The position numbers and the translations under genes were made by a program. A stretch of DNA of 64,000 nt from Coraliomargarita sp. (GTDB lineage: Bacteria; Verrucomicrobiota; Verrucomicrobiia; Opitutales; Coraliomargaritaceae), in contig OZ244160.1 in NCBI GenBank assembly GCA_965216325.1, positions 2,880,001 through 2,944,000 on the forward strand, written 5' to 3'. Below are positions 31,657-41,180 of the stretch, in pieces. Numbering within the stretch: position 1 is the stretch's first letter; every line of letters begins with the position of its first letter. The notes under the pieces were generated by a model. The model was not told the DNA's origin and did no database searches. It worked only from the letters and a program-made list of their open reading frames with translations.

Positions 31657-32976
31657 CTAAAAGGAGCCAATCGCTTTTGGGGTATGTATGCAGGAGAGCA
31701 TGCGGCTGGAACTGAGTTCATGATTGGGCCTCTATTCCTCCTGAATGGAGTGAGCTTGCAGAATATCATACTTGGCCTGCTGATCGGTAATTTGTTAGCA
31801 GTCTTATCATGGCGCTATTTGTGCGCACCGATTTCGGTGCATGCCCGCTACACGCTCTATTACCATTTGGAGAATCTGGCGGGCGGCTGGTTGGTCAAAG
31901 TTTATAACTTAGCCAACGGCATCTTATTTTGCTTCCTCGCTGGAGCGATGATTACAGTGTCGGCGACAGCTGTGGGAATACCTTTTGGCATGCCGATGCC
32001 GGAGCTTGGAGATATCTATCCGAACAGCGCAGCCTTTGTCGCGATCGTTCTTATGGTTGGTCTAGTGATCGCAGTGGTTGCGTCACTGGGCTATTAGACC
32101 GTCGCGCGCTTCGCGAATGTGGCAGCACCCTGGATGGTGCTGGTCTTTGCGGCTTGTGGCATCATCGCTTTCTATGAGATGGGGATCTCTAGTTGGAGTG
32201 ACCTGAAGGCAATCTGGTCAGACTCGATCAGTATCGCGCAGGGTGGAGAAGGACAGTCGTCGATGGGCTTCTGGAGTGTGGCCTTTTTTGCCTGGTTCTG
32301 TAACTCGGCGATGCATATCGGTATGGCAGATTTGTCGGTCTTCCGCTTTGCCAAGAAAGCGAACTACGGTTGGGCAACCTCCGCCGGCATGTATGTGGGC
32401 CACTACATGGCATGGATTGCTGCGGCGCTGATGCTGGCCGCGCAGATCCAAGCAACGGGTAATACGAATCCGGTGCCGGGCCCGATGGCCAACCATGTTG
32501 CCGGCCTTGCGGGTATCATCTGTGTGATTGTAGCCGGCTGGACCACCGCGAATCCGACGATCTATCGCGCCGGTTTGGCTTTTCAGGCGATTCTGCCCAA
32601 AGCGTCGCGTTTTAAGGTGACCTTTGCCGCCGGTATGGTGGCAACGATTGCGGGTGCGTTCCCTGCATTTGCTTGGAAATTGCTCGGCTTTGTCGGGCTG
32701 TATGGAACCATCCTGGCGCCGATGGGTGCGATTATTTTCTTTGACTGGTATGTGCTGCGTAAGCGCGACCACAAGTTACTGGATGCGCATCAATGTGCAT
32801 CTGCGTTTAATTGGTCTGTCTTGCTTGCTTGGGTGCTTCCCGTCGCAGTGGCGCTCTATTGCATCCTATCGATTGGAGTGTCCGCTTGGTTCTTCCCGCT
32901 GCCTTGTTGGCTCGCTTGCGGCGCACTCTATATTCTCTTCACCCGCTTAACTGGAAAGGAGCAGGCAGCCGCCTAG
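31657..32976 (+). pseudogene. Purine-cytosine permease/NCS1-like transporter, 5'-truncated by the IS and with an internal TAG (32095-32097)
   Basis: LKGANRFWGMYAGEHAAGTEF...LGY*TVARFANVAAPW...GWTTANPTIYRAG; about 12 TM segments in one frame. Confidence 0.8.
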
Positions 32977-32983
32977 CACTACA

Positions 32984-33157
32984 ATGGATACACTGATTTT
33001 ATGGCTTGGTCGTTTCGGCCTCGTGTTAACCATCCTGCCATCGCTGCTGTTGTTAGTCGGACTGCTGCCGCTCGCGACCGTTAAGATGCTGATGGTCGTG
33101 GGCATGGTGATCTGGTTTGTGGCTGCGCCGCTGCACGTAGCGATCAAGCGGAAATAG
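32984..33157 (+). CDS. 57-aa two-helix membrane protein (below the ORF-track cutoff)
   Basis: MDTLILWLGRFGLVLTILPSLLLLVGLLPLATVKMLMVVGMVIWFVAAPLHVAIKRK*; ATG 7 bp after the permease stop. Confidence 0.7.
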   Translation: MDTLILWLGRFGLVLTILPSLLLLVGLLPLATVKMLMVVGMVIWFVAAPLHVAIKRK

Positions 33158-33278
33158 ATTGAGGCTGCCCTGTGTGGGTGCAGTATTTTGCACAATCACT
33201 ATGGCGGAGACTCGAAAGCAAGCGGACGATTGTTCACCTCTCACTGATGCGGTAGAGCTCGGTGAGACTGTCTAGACT

Positions 33279-34277
33279 CTATCCGAGTTTAGCGGCCGCT
33301 CGCTTTAGACGGTCGTTAATTGCTTTGCCAATGCCTTCGGCCGGGCTGAGCTCAACCTCGATGCGCTCAAAGTTTTGCTGATCGAGGCGCTGCAAAATAT
33401 TGAATAAGTTGTGGGCGACTTCCTCCGCAGAGCCGTCTTCGGAGAGCCAGAAGATGTTGGCTGCTTCGGCCCCGCGTGCGGGCTTTGTCTGCAATAGACG
33501 GGCGCAGTTTTTAGCTGTGGGTAGACTTTGATCGAAGCCGTTTTCCAGTAGGACCACCTTGGTGTTTGGGCTGTAGTGAGCACTCAATTGGCCGGGTGCT
33601 GTCTGGTTGCTCTCGTCGTCATTGGTGATCGTGCGGTCGGTAATGTCGCGGCCGAGCATTTCCTTCACCTGTGCAGCGCTAATTGGTCCATGACGCAGAA
33701 TGGCTGGAGCCTCTGGTGTGCGTAGGTCCAGAATCGTGGACTCCACGCCGATGTCGCAGGGGCCCGCGTCTAAGACCGCTGGGATCCGCTCGCCGAGTGT
33801 GCGCTCGACGTGCTCCGCCAGAGTTGGGCTTACGTAGCCAAATGGGTTGGCGCTGGGTGCGGCCAATGGAAAGTCGAGCTGAGCCAGAAGTTTGCGCAGC
33901 ACCGGGTGCCCGGGCACGCGGACTGCAGCGCTGGGTAGACCGGCAGTCACGATGTCGGGGATGCTGGGGTGCTTATTCGCAACAATAGTCAGTGGTCCGG
34001 GCCAGAAGGCGGCGGCGACCTTGTCGACTGCTTCGTTGCCCTGAATGTGCTGCAAGGCAGCTTCCAAACTAGGGAAGTGCGCGATCAGCGGGTCGATGAA
34101 GGGACGTCCCTTGACCTCGAAGATTTTGCGCGCACTGGATTCGTTCAGTGCGTTGCCCGCTAGTCCGTAGACCGTTTCGGTGGGCACGCCGACCACTTCG
34201 CCATTGCGTAGCAAGTCCGCACAATGCGCGATATTCGCATCGGTTGCTTCCAGGCGTATGCTGTTTGGGATGCTCAT
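33279..34277 (-). CDS. sua5: L-threonylcarbamoyladenylate synthase (Sua5 type)
   Basis: PTETVYGL, KGRP, FWPGPLT, AAPSAN, GVESTILD, APGQLSAHYSP. Confidence 0.95.
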   Translation of the reverse strand: MSIPNSIRLEATDANIAHCADLLRNGEVVGVPTETVYGLAGNALNESSARKIFEVKGRPFIDPLIAHFPSLEAALQHIQGNEAVDKVAAAFWPGPLTIVANKHPSIPDIVTAGLPSAAVRVPGHPVLRKLLAQLDFPLAAPSANPFGYVSPTLAEHVERTLGERIPAVLDAGPCDIGVESTILDLRTPEAPAILRHGPISAAQVKEMLGRDITDRTITNDDESNQTAPGQLSAHYSPNTKVVLLENGFDQSLPTAKNCARLLQTKPARGAEAANIFWLSEDGSAEEVAHNLFNILQRLDQQNFERIEVELSPAEGIGKAINDRLKRAAAKLG

Positions 34278-34300
34278 CCTATGAAGTCCTCGGGATCAAA

Positions 34301-34371
34301 TCGAGGGAAACGCTCCGTCGTTTCCGCGGTTGCTCGACTCGTTGGTGGCAATGACGGAGCATTGCCCTCCA
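34301..34371. repeat. REP-like doublet, family D
   Basis: TCGAGGGAAACGCTCCGTCGTTTCC...GGCAATGACGGAGCATTGCCCTCCA. Confidence 0.8.
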
Positions 34372-34389
34372 TTAAACAACTTCAGATAT

Positions 34390-34421
34390 AAAAAATCCTT
34401 CCCCGCAAAGAGGAAGGATTT
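34390..34421 (-). terminator. Rho-independent terminator of rpsR
   Basis: AAAAAATCCTTCC-CCGCAAAG-AGGAAGGATTT. Confidence 0.75.
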
Positions 34422-34445
34422 AGAAAAACTCTACAAGCAACGAGA

Positions 34446-34643
34446 CTATTTCATAGTCAGCATGTTGCGAGCACGCTTGATTTGCTGTGTTACGCGACGC
34501 TGATGCTTAGCGGAAAGGCCTGTTACCTTGCGAGGAAGGATCTTGCCCGTTTCAGTTACAAAGCGGGAAAGTTGCTCCACATCCATGTATGTGAAGTCCA
34601 TAGGGTTGCGGGAGCGATTAAGTGTCTTGTTTTCAGTGGTCAT
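34446..34643 (-). CDS. rpsR: 30S ribosomal protein S18 (Cys-free form)
   Basis: [43 protein letters not shown]; start MTTENK at 34643. Confidence 0.95.
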   Translation of the reverse strand: MTTENKTLNRSRNPMDFTYMDVEQLSRFVTETGKILPRKVTGLSAKHQRRVTQQIKRARNMLTMK

Positions 34644-34713
34644 GATCGAAACGCGGGAAAGTAGGTTTTTGTTAGGGCGGTGCAAGCACAAATTTACAGC
34701 TTTTTCTTTGTGT

Positions 34714-34831
34714 GGTAGGGCAAGGTAGCGCGGCGCATTTCGGTATTCCTTGGTTTTTGTTCTCAGCTCATGCGGAGCGAGGACGCTCCTGCGCTACCAG
34801 ATCGAACGGTCGCCTCGGCGAGGAGACCTTA
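34714..34831. repeat. Composite REP: family E doublet (34724-34798) inside a family C doublet
   Basis: GGTAGGGCAA | GGTAGCGC...GCGGAGCGAGGACGCTCCTGCGCTACC | AACGGTCGCCTCGGCGAGGAGACCTTA. Confidence 0.7.
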
Positions 34832-36943
34832 TCCCCTGTGTTGTTGAATGAGCTCCAAGAACGGCGGCAATACGGTTTTCAGCTTGGAGGGACCGATACC
34901 GCGGATCTTGATCGCTTCGGAAGGAGTCGTCGGTTTCTGATTGGCGAGTTCGACGAGCACGAAGTTCGGGAAAACGGTGTAGGCCGGCTTGCCGTTTTGA
35001 GAAGCGAGGTTTGCGCGTAGCTCGGAAAGTTTCTGATACAGTCCATCGTCGGTGATGCCATCGGGCTTGGCGCCCTTGCGTGGCTTCTTCGATTTCTCAC
35101 CGATTGCACCTGCTGTGCGAGTTGGCAGTGCAAGTTGCATCGCCTCGGCTGCGCGCATGGCACGTGCGCCGCTTTCGCTGAGTTTCATCAGTGGGAAACC
35201 GTCTTCGGTGATGGTTTGCACCAGACCGGCGGTTTCCATCGCTTGGAAGAGGGCGTCAACATAGGCGCTGCCCTCGCGTTTGAGAATTCCGTAGGTGGAG
35301 AGCTCGTCGAGGCCAGCATCCAGAATCGGTGCGGATCGGCTGCCGAGCAGGCACTGGATGATCTTGCGCTTGCCGAAGCGCGGTTCCCAGTCCTCCGGAC
35401 CGCGTCGCACACTCATGCGGGCGACGCCGCTGAGGGCCATTTTAACCAGCGTCCATTCGTCTGCAGTTGGCTGGCGGTTCGACGCTTGTTTTTGGCTGCG
35501 GCAGGCATCGCAGCGTTTGCAGGGCTTGGAGTCGCGCTCGCCGAAGTAGTCGAGGATCCATTTCTGGCGACAGGTGCTGGCGTAGGCGAAACTGATCACC
35601 GATTTCAATCGGTCTTCATCGCGTTCCGCTTTGATTGCGAGGGCTTTGGCATCGATTGGTAGCTCAGTGCCGCGTTTCCCGTGCTGTAAAATACGTGTGC
35701 CCTTGGTGCGTGTGCCGGGGATGTCGAAGCGCTCGATCCACTTATGTCGATTCAGTAAGGAGAGCGCGGTGCTAACCGCCATCGGGTTGACCTTGCGGCC
35801 GATGCGCTCGACCAACTCATCGACGGGCAGGCGCACTTCGTGTTGTGGATTGCTCTCTGCGCACAGCACATCGAAGGCTTCGGCGATCAGTTGTTTGCCC
35901 GGGTTGGCCCCTTCGATGAAGAAATCCTGCACGCGCTTGTCGGCATAGGAGAACAACAGTTCGCAGACCCCGGGCTGGCCATCACGTCCGGCGCGACCAC
36001 CTTCTTGGTAGTAGGCTTCGACACTGCCAGGCATTTCATAGTGGCAGACGAAACGGATGTCGGGGCGGTCGATACCCATACCAAAGGCGTTGGTGGCGAC
36101 GACGATGTTGGCCTTGCCGCTCATGAAACATTCCTGTGCCGCAGTGCGGTCGCGGTCGTTCAGCCCCCCATGGTAGCGGATTAGCGGCGCGGCGAACGCT
36201 TCGATCTTACTGGCGACGGCGTCGACTGATTTGCGGGTTGCGCAGTAGACGATGCCGGTTTTGTGGCGGCGGACGAGTCGCTCGAGTGCCTCCATCTTGT
36301 CGCCGTCCGAGCTAACCTTGCGGATATTGAAACTCAGGTTCTCGCGCGCGAAGCCGGCCACGAACTCGGCGGGTTCGCGCATTTGCAAGACTTGCTTGAT
36401 GTCGGCCTGCACATCGGGCGTGGCGGTCGCGGTGAGTGCGATGCAGGGCGGATTGCCAATTGCAGCGCGCGCTTCGCCGAGCCGCATATAGTCTGGGCGG
36501 AAGTCATGTCCCCATTGGGAGAGACAGTGTGCCTCGTCGATCGCAAACAGGCTGATCGCGTCCTTGGGGAGGGCATTGAGAAAGGATTGGGAGCGAAAGC
36601 GCTCGGGGGCGACGTAGACGAGTTTTAGTTCCTTGCGTCGAATCGCATCGAGCATGGCACGTTGCTCTTCGAGACTCAGCGAGCTGTTGAGTAGGCCGGC
36701 GGGGAGGCCTTTGGCGCGCAGGGCATCGACCTGATCCTTCATGAGAGCGATCAAGGGAGAAACGACCAATGTGACGCCGGGCAGCATCATGGCGGGCAGT
36801 TGAAAGCAGAGACTTTTACCGCCACCGGTGGGCATGACCACCAACGTGTCTTTGTGAGCGAGCACAGACTCGACGATGGCGCGCTGCGGTTCACGGAAAC
36901 CGGGGAGGCCAAAGTGTTGTTGAAGTGCTTGATCGGGAGTCAT
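34829..36943 (-). CDS. recQ: RecQ family DNA helicase
   Basis: MPTGGGKSLCFQLP, DEAHCLSQWGHDFRPDY, ATNAFGMGID, QEGGRAGRDG, Zn motif CR..CKRCDAC, C-terminal HRDC. Confidence 0.95.
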   Translation of the reverse strand: MTPDQALQQHFGLPGFREPQRAIVESVLAHKDTLVVMPTGGGKSLCFQLPAMMLPGVTLVVSPLIALMKDQVDALRAKGLPAGLLNSSLSLEEQRAMLDAIRRKELKLVYVAPERFRSQSFLNALPKDAISLFAIDEAHCLSQWGHDFRPDYMRLGEARAAIGNPPCIALTATATPDVQADIKQVLQMREPAEFVAGFARENLSFNIRKVSSDGDKMEALERLVRRHKTGIVYCATRKSVDAVASKIEAFAAPLIRYHGGLNDRDRTAAQECFMSGKANIVVATNAFGMGIDRPDIRFVCHYEMPGSVEAYYQEGGRAGRDGQPGVCELLFSYADKRVQDFFIEGANPGKQLIAEAFDVLCAESNPQHEVRLPVDELVERIGRKVNPMAVSTALSLLNRHKWIERFDIPGTRTKGTRILQHGKRGTELPIDAKALAIKAERDEDRLKSVISFAYASTCRQKWILDYFGERDSKPCKRCDACRSQKQASNRQPTADEWTLVKMALSGVARMSVRRGPEDWEPRFGKRKIIQCLLGSRSAPILDAGLDELSTYGILKREGSAYVDALFQAMETAGLVQTITEDGFPLMKLSESGARAMRAAEAMQLALPTRTAGAIGEKSKKPRKGAKPDGITDDGLYQKLSELRANLASQNGKPAYTVFPNFVLVELANQKPTTPSEAIKIRGIGPSKLKTVLPPFLELIQQHRG

Positions 36944-37057
36944 GATCAGTAACTGTGCGAATGTTCACCTGTTTGCCAAGTCTGCAATTTGGTAGATTGT
37001 GATCAATCTGCGCTTGAAGCCATGCATGAATTCGCTAGCTTGCCGCAATTACTGAGC

Positions 37058-37132
37058 GTCCCCTTAGTTTAACGGATAGAACTACCGTTTCCTAAACGGT
37101 CGATCCGGGTTCGAGTCCCGGAGGGGGCACCA
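37058..37132 (+). tRNA. tRNA-Arg (CCT)
   Basis: Acceptor GTCCCCT/AGGGGGC + ACCA; anticodon arm ACCGT-TTCCTAA-ACGGT; T-loop GTTCGAG. Confidence 0.97.
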
Positions 37133-37147
37133 GTTTGATTTTATTTC

Positions 37148-37774
37148 ATGAAGCCATCCTTTAGGTGTTTAGTTGTTGTGGCTGTACTGCTCTTTGCCGG
37201 ATGTATGTCGACTCAGTATGGTGTCGATCGGGAGACGTGGGATGGAATGTCTGAGGAGCAACGGAATGTTACGATTGCAGCCTATCATGAGCGTAAGCAG
37301 TTAGAGGCTGAGCGTCGTTTGATTGAAGAGAAGCGGCGCTTGATTGAGGCAGAGGCTGCCCAAGGCCGGGTCTCTGAGTTGATCGATGATGCGATTGCAA
37401 ATGCACCGCGAATTGAAGTTTCGGTATGGGCTGGTTTTTTACGGAATGAAGATCAAGTTGTTGGTATTGACCGAACGGTCTTGGTGCTCAGGTATGGGCA
37501 GGGAGCCGAGCTTGAAGTTAAAGGGGATCATGGACAGCACTCAACTGTGGTCGTTGCCTATCGGCGAGGGTGCTTTATTTTTGGTGAAGGAGATGGCACT
37601 ATCGAGATTCCATACGAGGACGACTGGCACACGAAACAGTTATATTTAGAGAGGATTCCTCAAGAGGCAAAATACTCTGGGACTGTTCATCTGGGCATTC
37701 GTGCGCTGGGGACGGAGGAGGAGAACGGCGAAGACAGCTTATTGAGATTGGTAGTTGAGGAATTATTGGATTAA
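37148..37774 (+). CDS. Hypothetical lipoprotein
   Basis: Lipobox LFAGC followed by a coiled-coil segment. Confidence 0.7.
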   Translation: MKPSFRCLVVVAVLLFAGCMSTQYGVDRETWDGMSEEQRNVTIAAYHERKQLEAERRLIEEKRRLIEAEAAQGRVSELIDDAIANAPRIEVSVWAGFLRNEDQVVGIDRTVLVLRYGQGAELEVKGDHGQHSTVVVAYRRGCFIFGEGDGTIEIPYEDDWHTKQLYLERIPQEAKYSGTVHLGIRALGTEEENGEDSLLRLVVEELLD

Positions 37775-37806
37775 CTGGGTTTGGTGATTCGCTTGAAGTA
37801 TGAAAA

Positions 37807-40485
37807 ATGCTTTTGCAACTAGTGAACTCGTTGCTACTGATTACGCACAGAATGCCTTTTCGTTACTTTGGTCCTTCGTTAGTTAAACCGCTCTTATTTG
37901 GGTGGATCGCTCTGCTCACTGCAGCAGCGGCATCCTTCGGCGAAGCTCCGTTGCTTGGGAAGTCCAGTAATGAAAGTTCGCAGCTATTATCCAGTGATTG
38001 GCAGGAGTCTGCAGCACAGCGAGCGATGGATGCCGGCTTAGTGGTGCTGGCTGCCGACATTTATACTGATTTATTGCGCACTGAAGGCTTTGCAGATGAG
38101 CAATATCTGCGCTACCGATTGCAGCTCGCATCGGCGCTGATCGAGCAGGGGCGTTTTACGACTGCGCGTTCAGTATTGAAGGAGGTGCCTGAGGAGCAAC
38201 GTTCCAGTGCGTTCCATTTGCGACGTGCGATTGCACTGTATGGCAGTGGACGGAGTGTGAATGCGGATAATTTGGCTCGAGAGATGGCTTTGATCGAGCC
38301 TGGTGAGTTATCTGCATGGGATCAGTCCTGGTATTACTTGATGCGCGGGCTGAGTGCAGAACTTGGAGGTGAGGCTGTCGATATTGAGTCAGTTTTTCGA
38401 CAAGCTAAGAATTTGACTCAGTCGCCATCGAGGAAGGCGTATTTAGATGCCCTGTTGTATCGAGAGAAGTTACGACGTGCGCCAGCAGATGAGGTGCTGG
38501 CTGCTGAGATTCGACGTCAGTTGGACAATCTTGAAGGGCCTGCCGCACACGCATATGCACGCGAGTATGCGACCGTGTTGTATAACTTGGGGCGCAAGGA
38601 AGAGGCGATTGCTGTGCTGGAGCGTGAGCTTGTGAATTTGAGCGCGGGTTACACTAGCCGTGAACGTGAACAGTTGCACTTGTTGCGTGCGACTATTCTA
38701 GGTGCCAATTCGGTTTCGGGGCGGGCGTCATTGCGCGATTTAATACGTCGTGGGCAGGACCGTGAGACGATGTTACTCGCTCTGCAACTGCTCGCGAGAG
38801 CCGATAATGCGGTTGGGGTGGGCGAGTTGCTGGACTTCTTGAAAGAAATGATTACTCGTTCGGAGCCACACCCGCTCTTGGGCCAGTTTTATTATTTGCG
38901 GAGTCAAATTGCCTTAAGTCGAGATGATACTGAGCAGGCAGAGCAAGACGCAAAGCAGCTATTGGAACAGTTTCCCGGTTTGCGTGAAATTGGGAATGTG
39001 TATCAGCTATATGCATACACCTCTCTGAAGCGAACACCGCCGCAGTATCGTGCCGCAGCAGATTTTCTTTTGCAGTTGCGCAATCGAACTGAGGACCCCG
39101 CGCGTTTAGGCGAGCTCAATCGCTTGATCGGTGATTGTTATTACATGAACGGCGATTTTGCAGATGCGGTTGATTTTTATCGAGCTGCGGTCGCGCGGAC
39201 TAGTTCGGAGAGTATCTCGGGGAGTCTTTATTTGCGATTGGTGACCGCAGAGTTGCGTGCGGGAAAGGTTGAGTCGGCGGTGCAGAGTATTGATCAAGCA
39301 GATTTCAGCGGAGGCTTACCAATGATGACGCGTTGGCAGATCGAGTGGAATTTGTCGCAAGCGTTGAAGGCAAACGGAGAAATCGAGCGTGCACTGAAGC
39401 GAGTTCGTCTTTTGTTGGAAAGTGTGGGCGATGGAAATGTGCCTGCGGCATTGGACTTACGCTTACGTTGGCTGGAAGCACGTTTGAGTATGTTATCGGG
39501 GGATGTGGAGGGTGCTGCGCAGCGCGTTGATGAGATTCTTGCGCGAATTGATTCGTTTCCAGACGGCCTGCTGGACCAGGAGCAGAAGCAATTGTTGATT
39601 TCCGAGTCGCTGTTGCTGCGTGCTCAGATGCTACTTAAATTAGGTGATTCTGAGGCAGGGCAGCAGGTGTTGGAAGAACTTCGAGGAGGATATCCTAAAA
39701 GCGGTGCGGCCGAGCGGTCGTATCTGTCGCAAGCAAATCATTATGCGGCAATTGGCGACCTAGAACGTGCGCAGGAGCGGTTATTGTATTTGGCAACTGA
39801 ATACAAGGACAGTGGATTTGCGCCTCAGGCGCTCTTTGAGTCGGCGGTGATTGGTGAGCGGCGTGGGCCGGATTTTTACCTAGAGTCTGTGCGCGCATTG
39901 AACTCTTTGGCTGAGGATTACCCAGAGGACGAGTTGGTCTTTCAGGCGCGCCTGAAGCAAGGTGATTTGCTCCGTTTGATGAATGACTTCTCAGGTGCGC
40001 GTATCGTGTATGAGAATTTGATCTCAAGCTTCCCTGAGCATCCGCAGCACTATGTGGCTGAGTTGTCGCGCGCCGACTGTATGTTAGCATTGGCTCGCCA
40101 AGACGACGGACGTCTGAGTGATGTTGAATTGTTGTTGGCTAAGTTAATTGATGTGCCGAATTTGCCAGCCGATTTTCAGGCGGAGGCAGCTTATAAACTC
40201 AGCTTTGTGATGAAGAAACGCGGGGCCAATTACAAGGCGCGCAAAGTGTTGACGGAGTTGGTGGCTCGCATGCTTTTGGATACGGAGAGAGCTGTGCGCT
40301 TGAACGAAGCCGGTCGCTACTGGCTGTCCAGAGGGTTGCTTGATCTCGGTGAGTTGCTGGAGGCGGCAGGCGAGTCTGCTGAAGCGCGCCGTATTTACCG
40401 CACGGTGCTCGCCTATAATTTGCCCGGCCAGAATTTAGCCCAGTCACGTGCGGATCGTTTGCAAGTTGTGGAATCTGCTCCCTAG
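37807..40485 (+). CDS. Large tetratricopeptide-repeat periplasmic protein (start may be 37852)
   Basis: Helical repeats ending in YP/FP motifs (LLEQFPG, LAEDYPED, LISSFPEHP); signal-like N-terminus. Confidence 0.8.
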   Translation: MLLQLVNSLLLITHRMPFRYFGPSLVKPLLFGWIALLTAAAASFGEAPLLGKSSNESSQLLSSDWQESAAQRAMDAGLVVLAADIYTDLLRTEGFADEQYLRYRLQLASALIEQGRFTTARSVLKEVPEEQRSSAFHLRRAIALYGSGRSVNADNLAREMALIEPGELSAWDQSWYYLMRGLSAELGGEAVDIESVFRQAKNLTQSPSRKAYLDALLYREKLRRAPADEVLAAEIRRQLDNLEGPAAHAYAREYATVLYNLGRKEEAIAVLERELVNLSAGYTSREREQLHLLRATILGANSVSGRASLRDLIRRGQDRETMLLALQLLARADNAVGVGELLDFLKEMITRSEPHPLLGQFYYLRSQIALSRDDTEQAEQDAKQLLEQFPGLREIGNVYQLYAYTSLKRTPPQYRAAADFLLQLRNRTEDPARLGELNRLIGDCYYMNGDFADAVDFYRAAVARTSSESISGSLYLRLVTAELRAGKVESAVQSIDQADFSGGLPMMTRWQIEWNLSQALKANGEIERALKRVRLLLESVGDGNVPAALDLRLRWLEARLSMLSGDVEGAAQRVDEILARIDSFPDGLLDQEQKQLLISESLLLRAQMLLKLGDSEAGQQVLEELRGGYPKSGAAERSYLSQANHYAAIGDLERAQERLLYLATEYKDSGFAPQALFESAVIGERRGPDFYLESVRALNSLAEDYPEDELVFQARLKQGDLLRLMNDFSGARIVYENLISSFPEHPQHYVAELSRADCMLALARQDDGRLSDVELLLAKLIDVPNLPADFQAEAAYKLSFVMKKRGANYKARKVLTELVARMLLDTERAVRLNEAGRYWLSRGLLDLGELLEAAGESAEARRIYRTVLAYNLPGQNLAQSRADRLQVVESAP

Positions 40486-40508
40486 TCTTTAGTTGTTAAA
40501 TAAAACCA

Positions 40509-41180
40509 ATGTTCGAATTTATTAAAAACACGTTCATCCTACAGGGTGGGCCAGTGATGTATCCCTTGCTCTTTGTGAGCTTGTTAGGCTTTGTGCTCTT
40601 CATCGAGCGGGCCTTGTTTTTGCACAAGGGACAAATCGGCACTGAAGATTTCTTGAGTGGTATTAAGAACTTGGTGCGCAAGAAACGCCTAGTTGAAGCT
40701 CTGACCTTGTGTGAGGATACGCCAGGGCCGATGGCGCGTATTGTGAAGTCGGCCTTGTTGCATGCGGGTGAATCACGTGATAACATCTTTCTTGCGATTC
40801 AAGGTGCTGCGATTGTTGAGATTCCTACGATTGAACGGCGTATTGGCACCATTGCTGCGATAGCACGTGTGGCACCATTGCTGGGTTTTTTGGGCACTTT
40901 GATTGCGGCAGTGAAGGCGCTGTATCAACTCGAAGCAGCCAATGCCGACAGTGGTGAGTTCAGTCGTTTGCTGGCCGAAGCCTTGATTACATCTGCAACG
41001 GGATTGGCGATTGCAGCGATGGCCGCGGTGGCACACCATTTCTTGTCCGGCCGTGTGCGGGCGCTAGTGCACGACTTCGAGTGGGTCGGACACAACATCC
41101 ACGAGTTTTTGGTAACGGAACCGCTGGGATTATCTGAGGAGGATGGCGAATCTACCGAGAAGGAGGGCCTTGCTAAATGA
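40509..41180 (+). CDS. exbB: MotA/TolQ/ExbB proton channel
   Basis: GGPVMYPL, IARVAPLLGFLGT, EALITSATGLAIA. Confidence 0.9.
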   Translation: MFEFIKNTFILQGGPVMYPLLFVSLLGFVLFIERALFLHKGQIGTEDFLSGIKNLVRKKRLVEALTLCEDTPGPMARIVKSALLHAGESRDNIFLAIQGAAIVEIPTIERRIGTIAAIARVAPLLGFLGTLIAAVKALYQLEAANADSGEFSRLLAEALITSATGLAIAAMAAVAHHFLSGRVRALVHDFEWVGHNIHEFLVTEPLGLSEEDGESTEKEGLAK

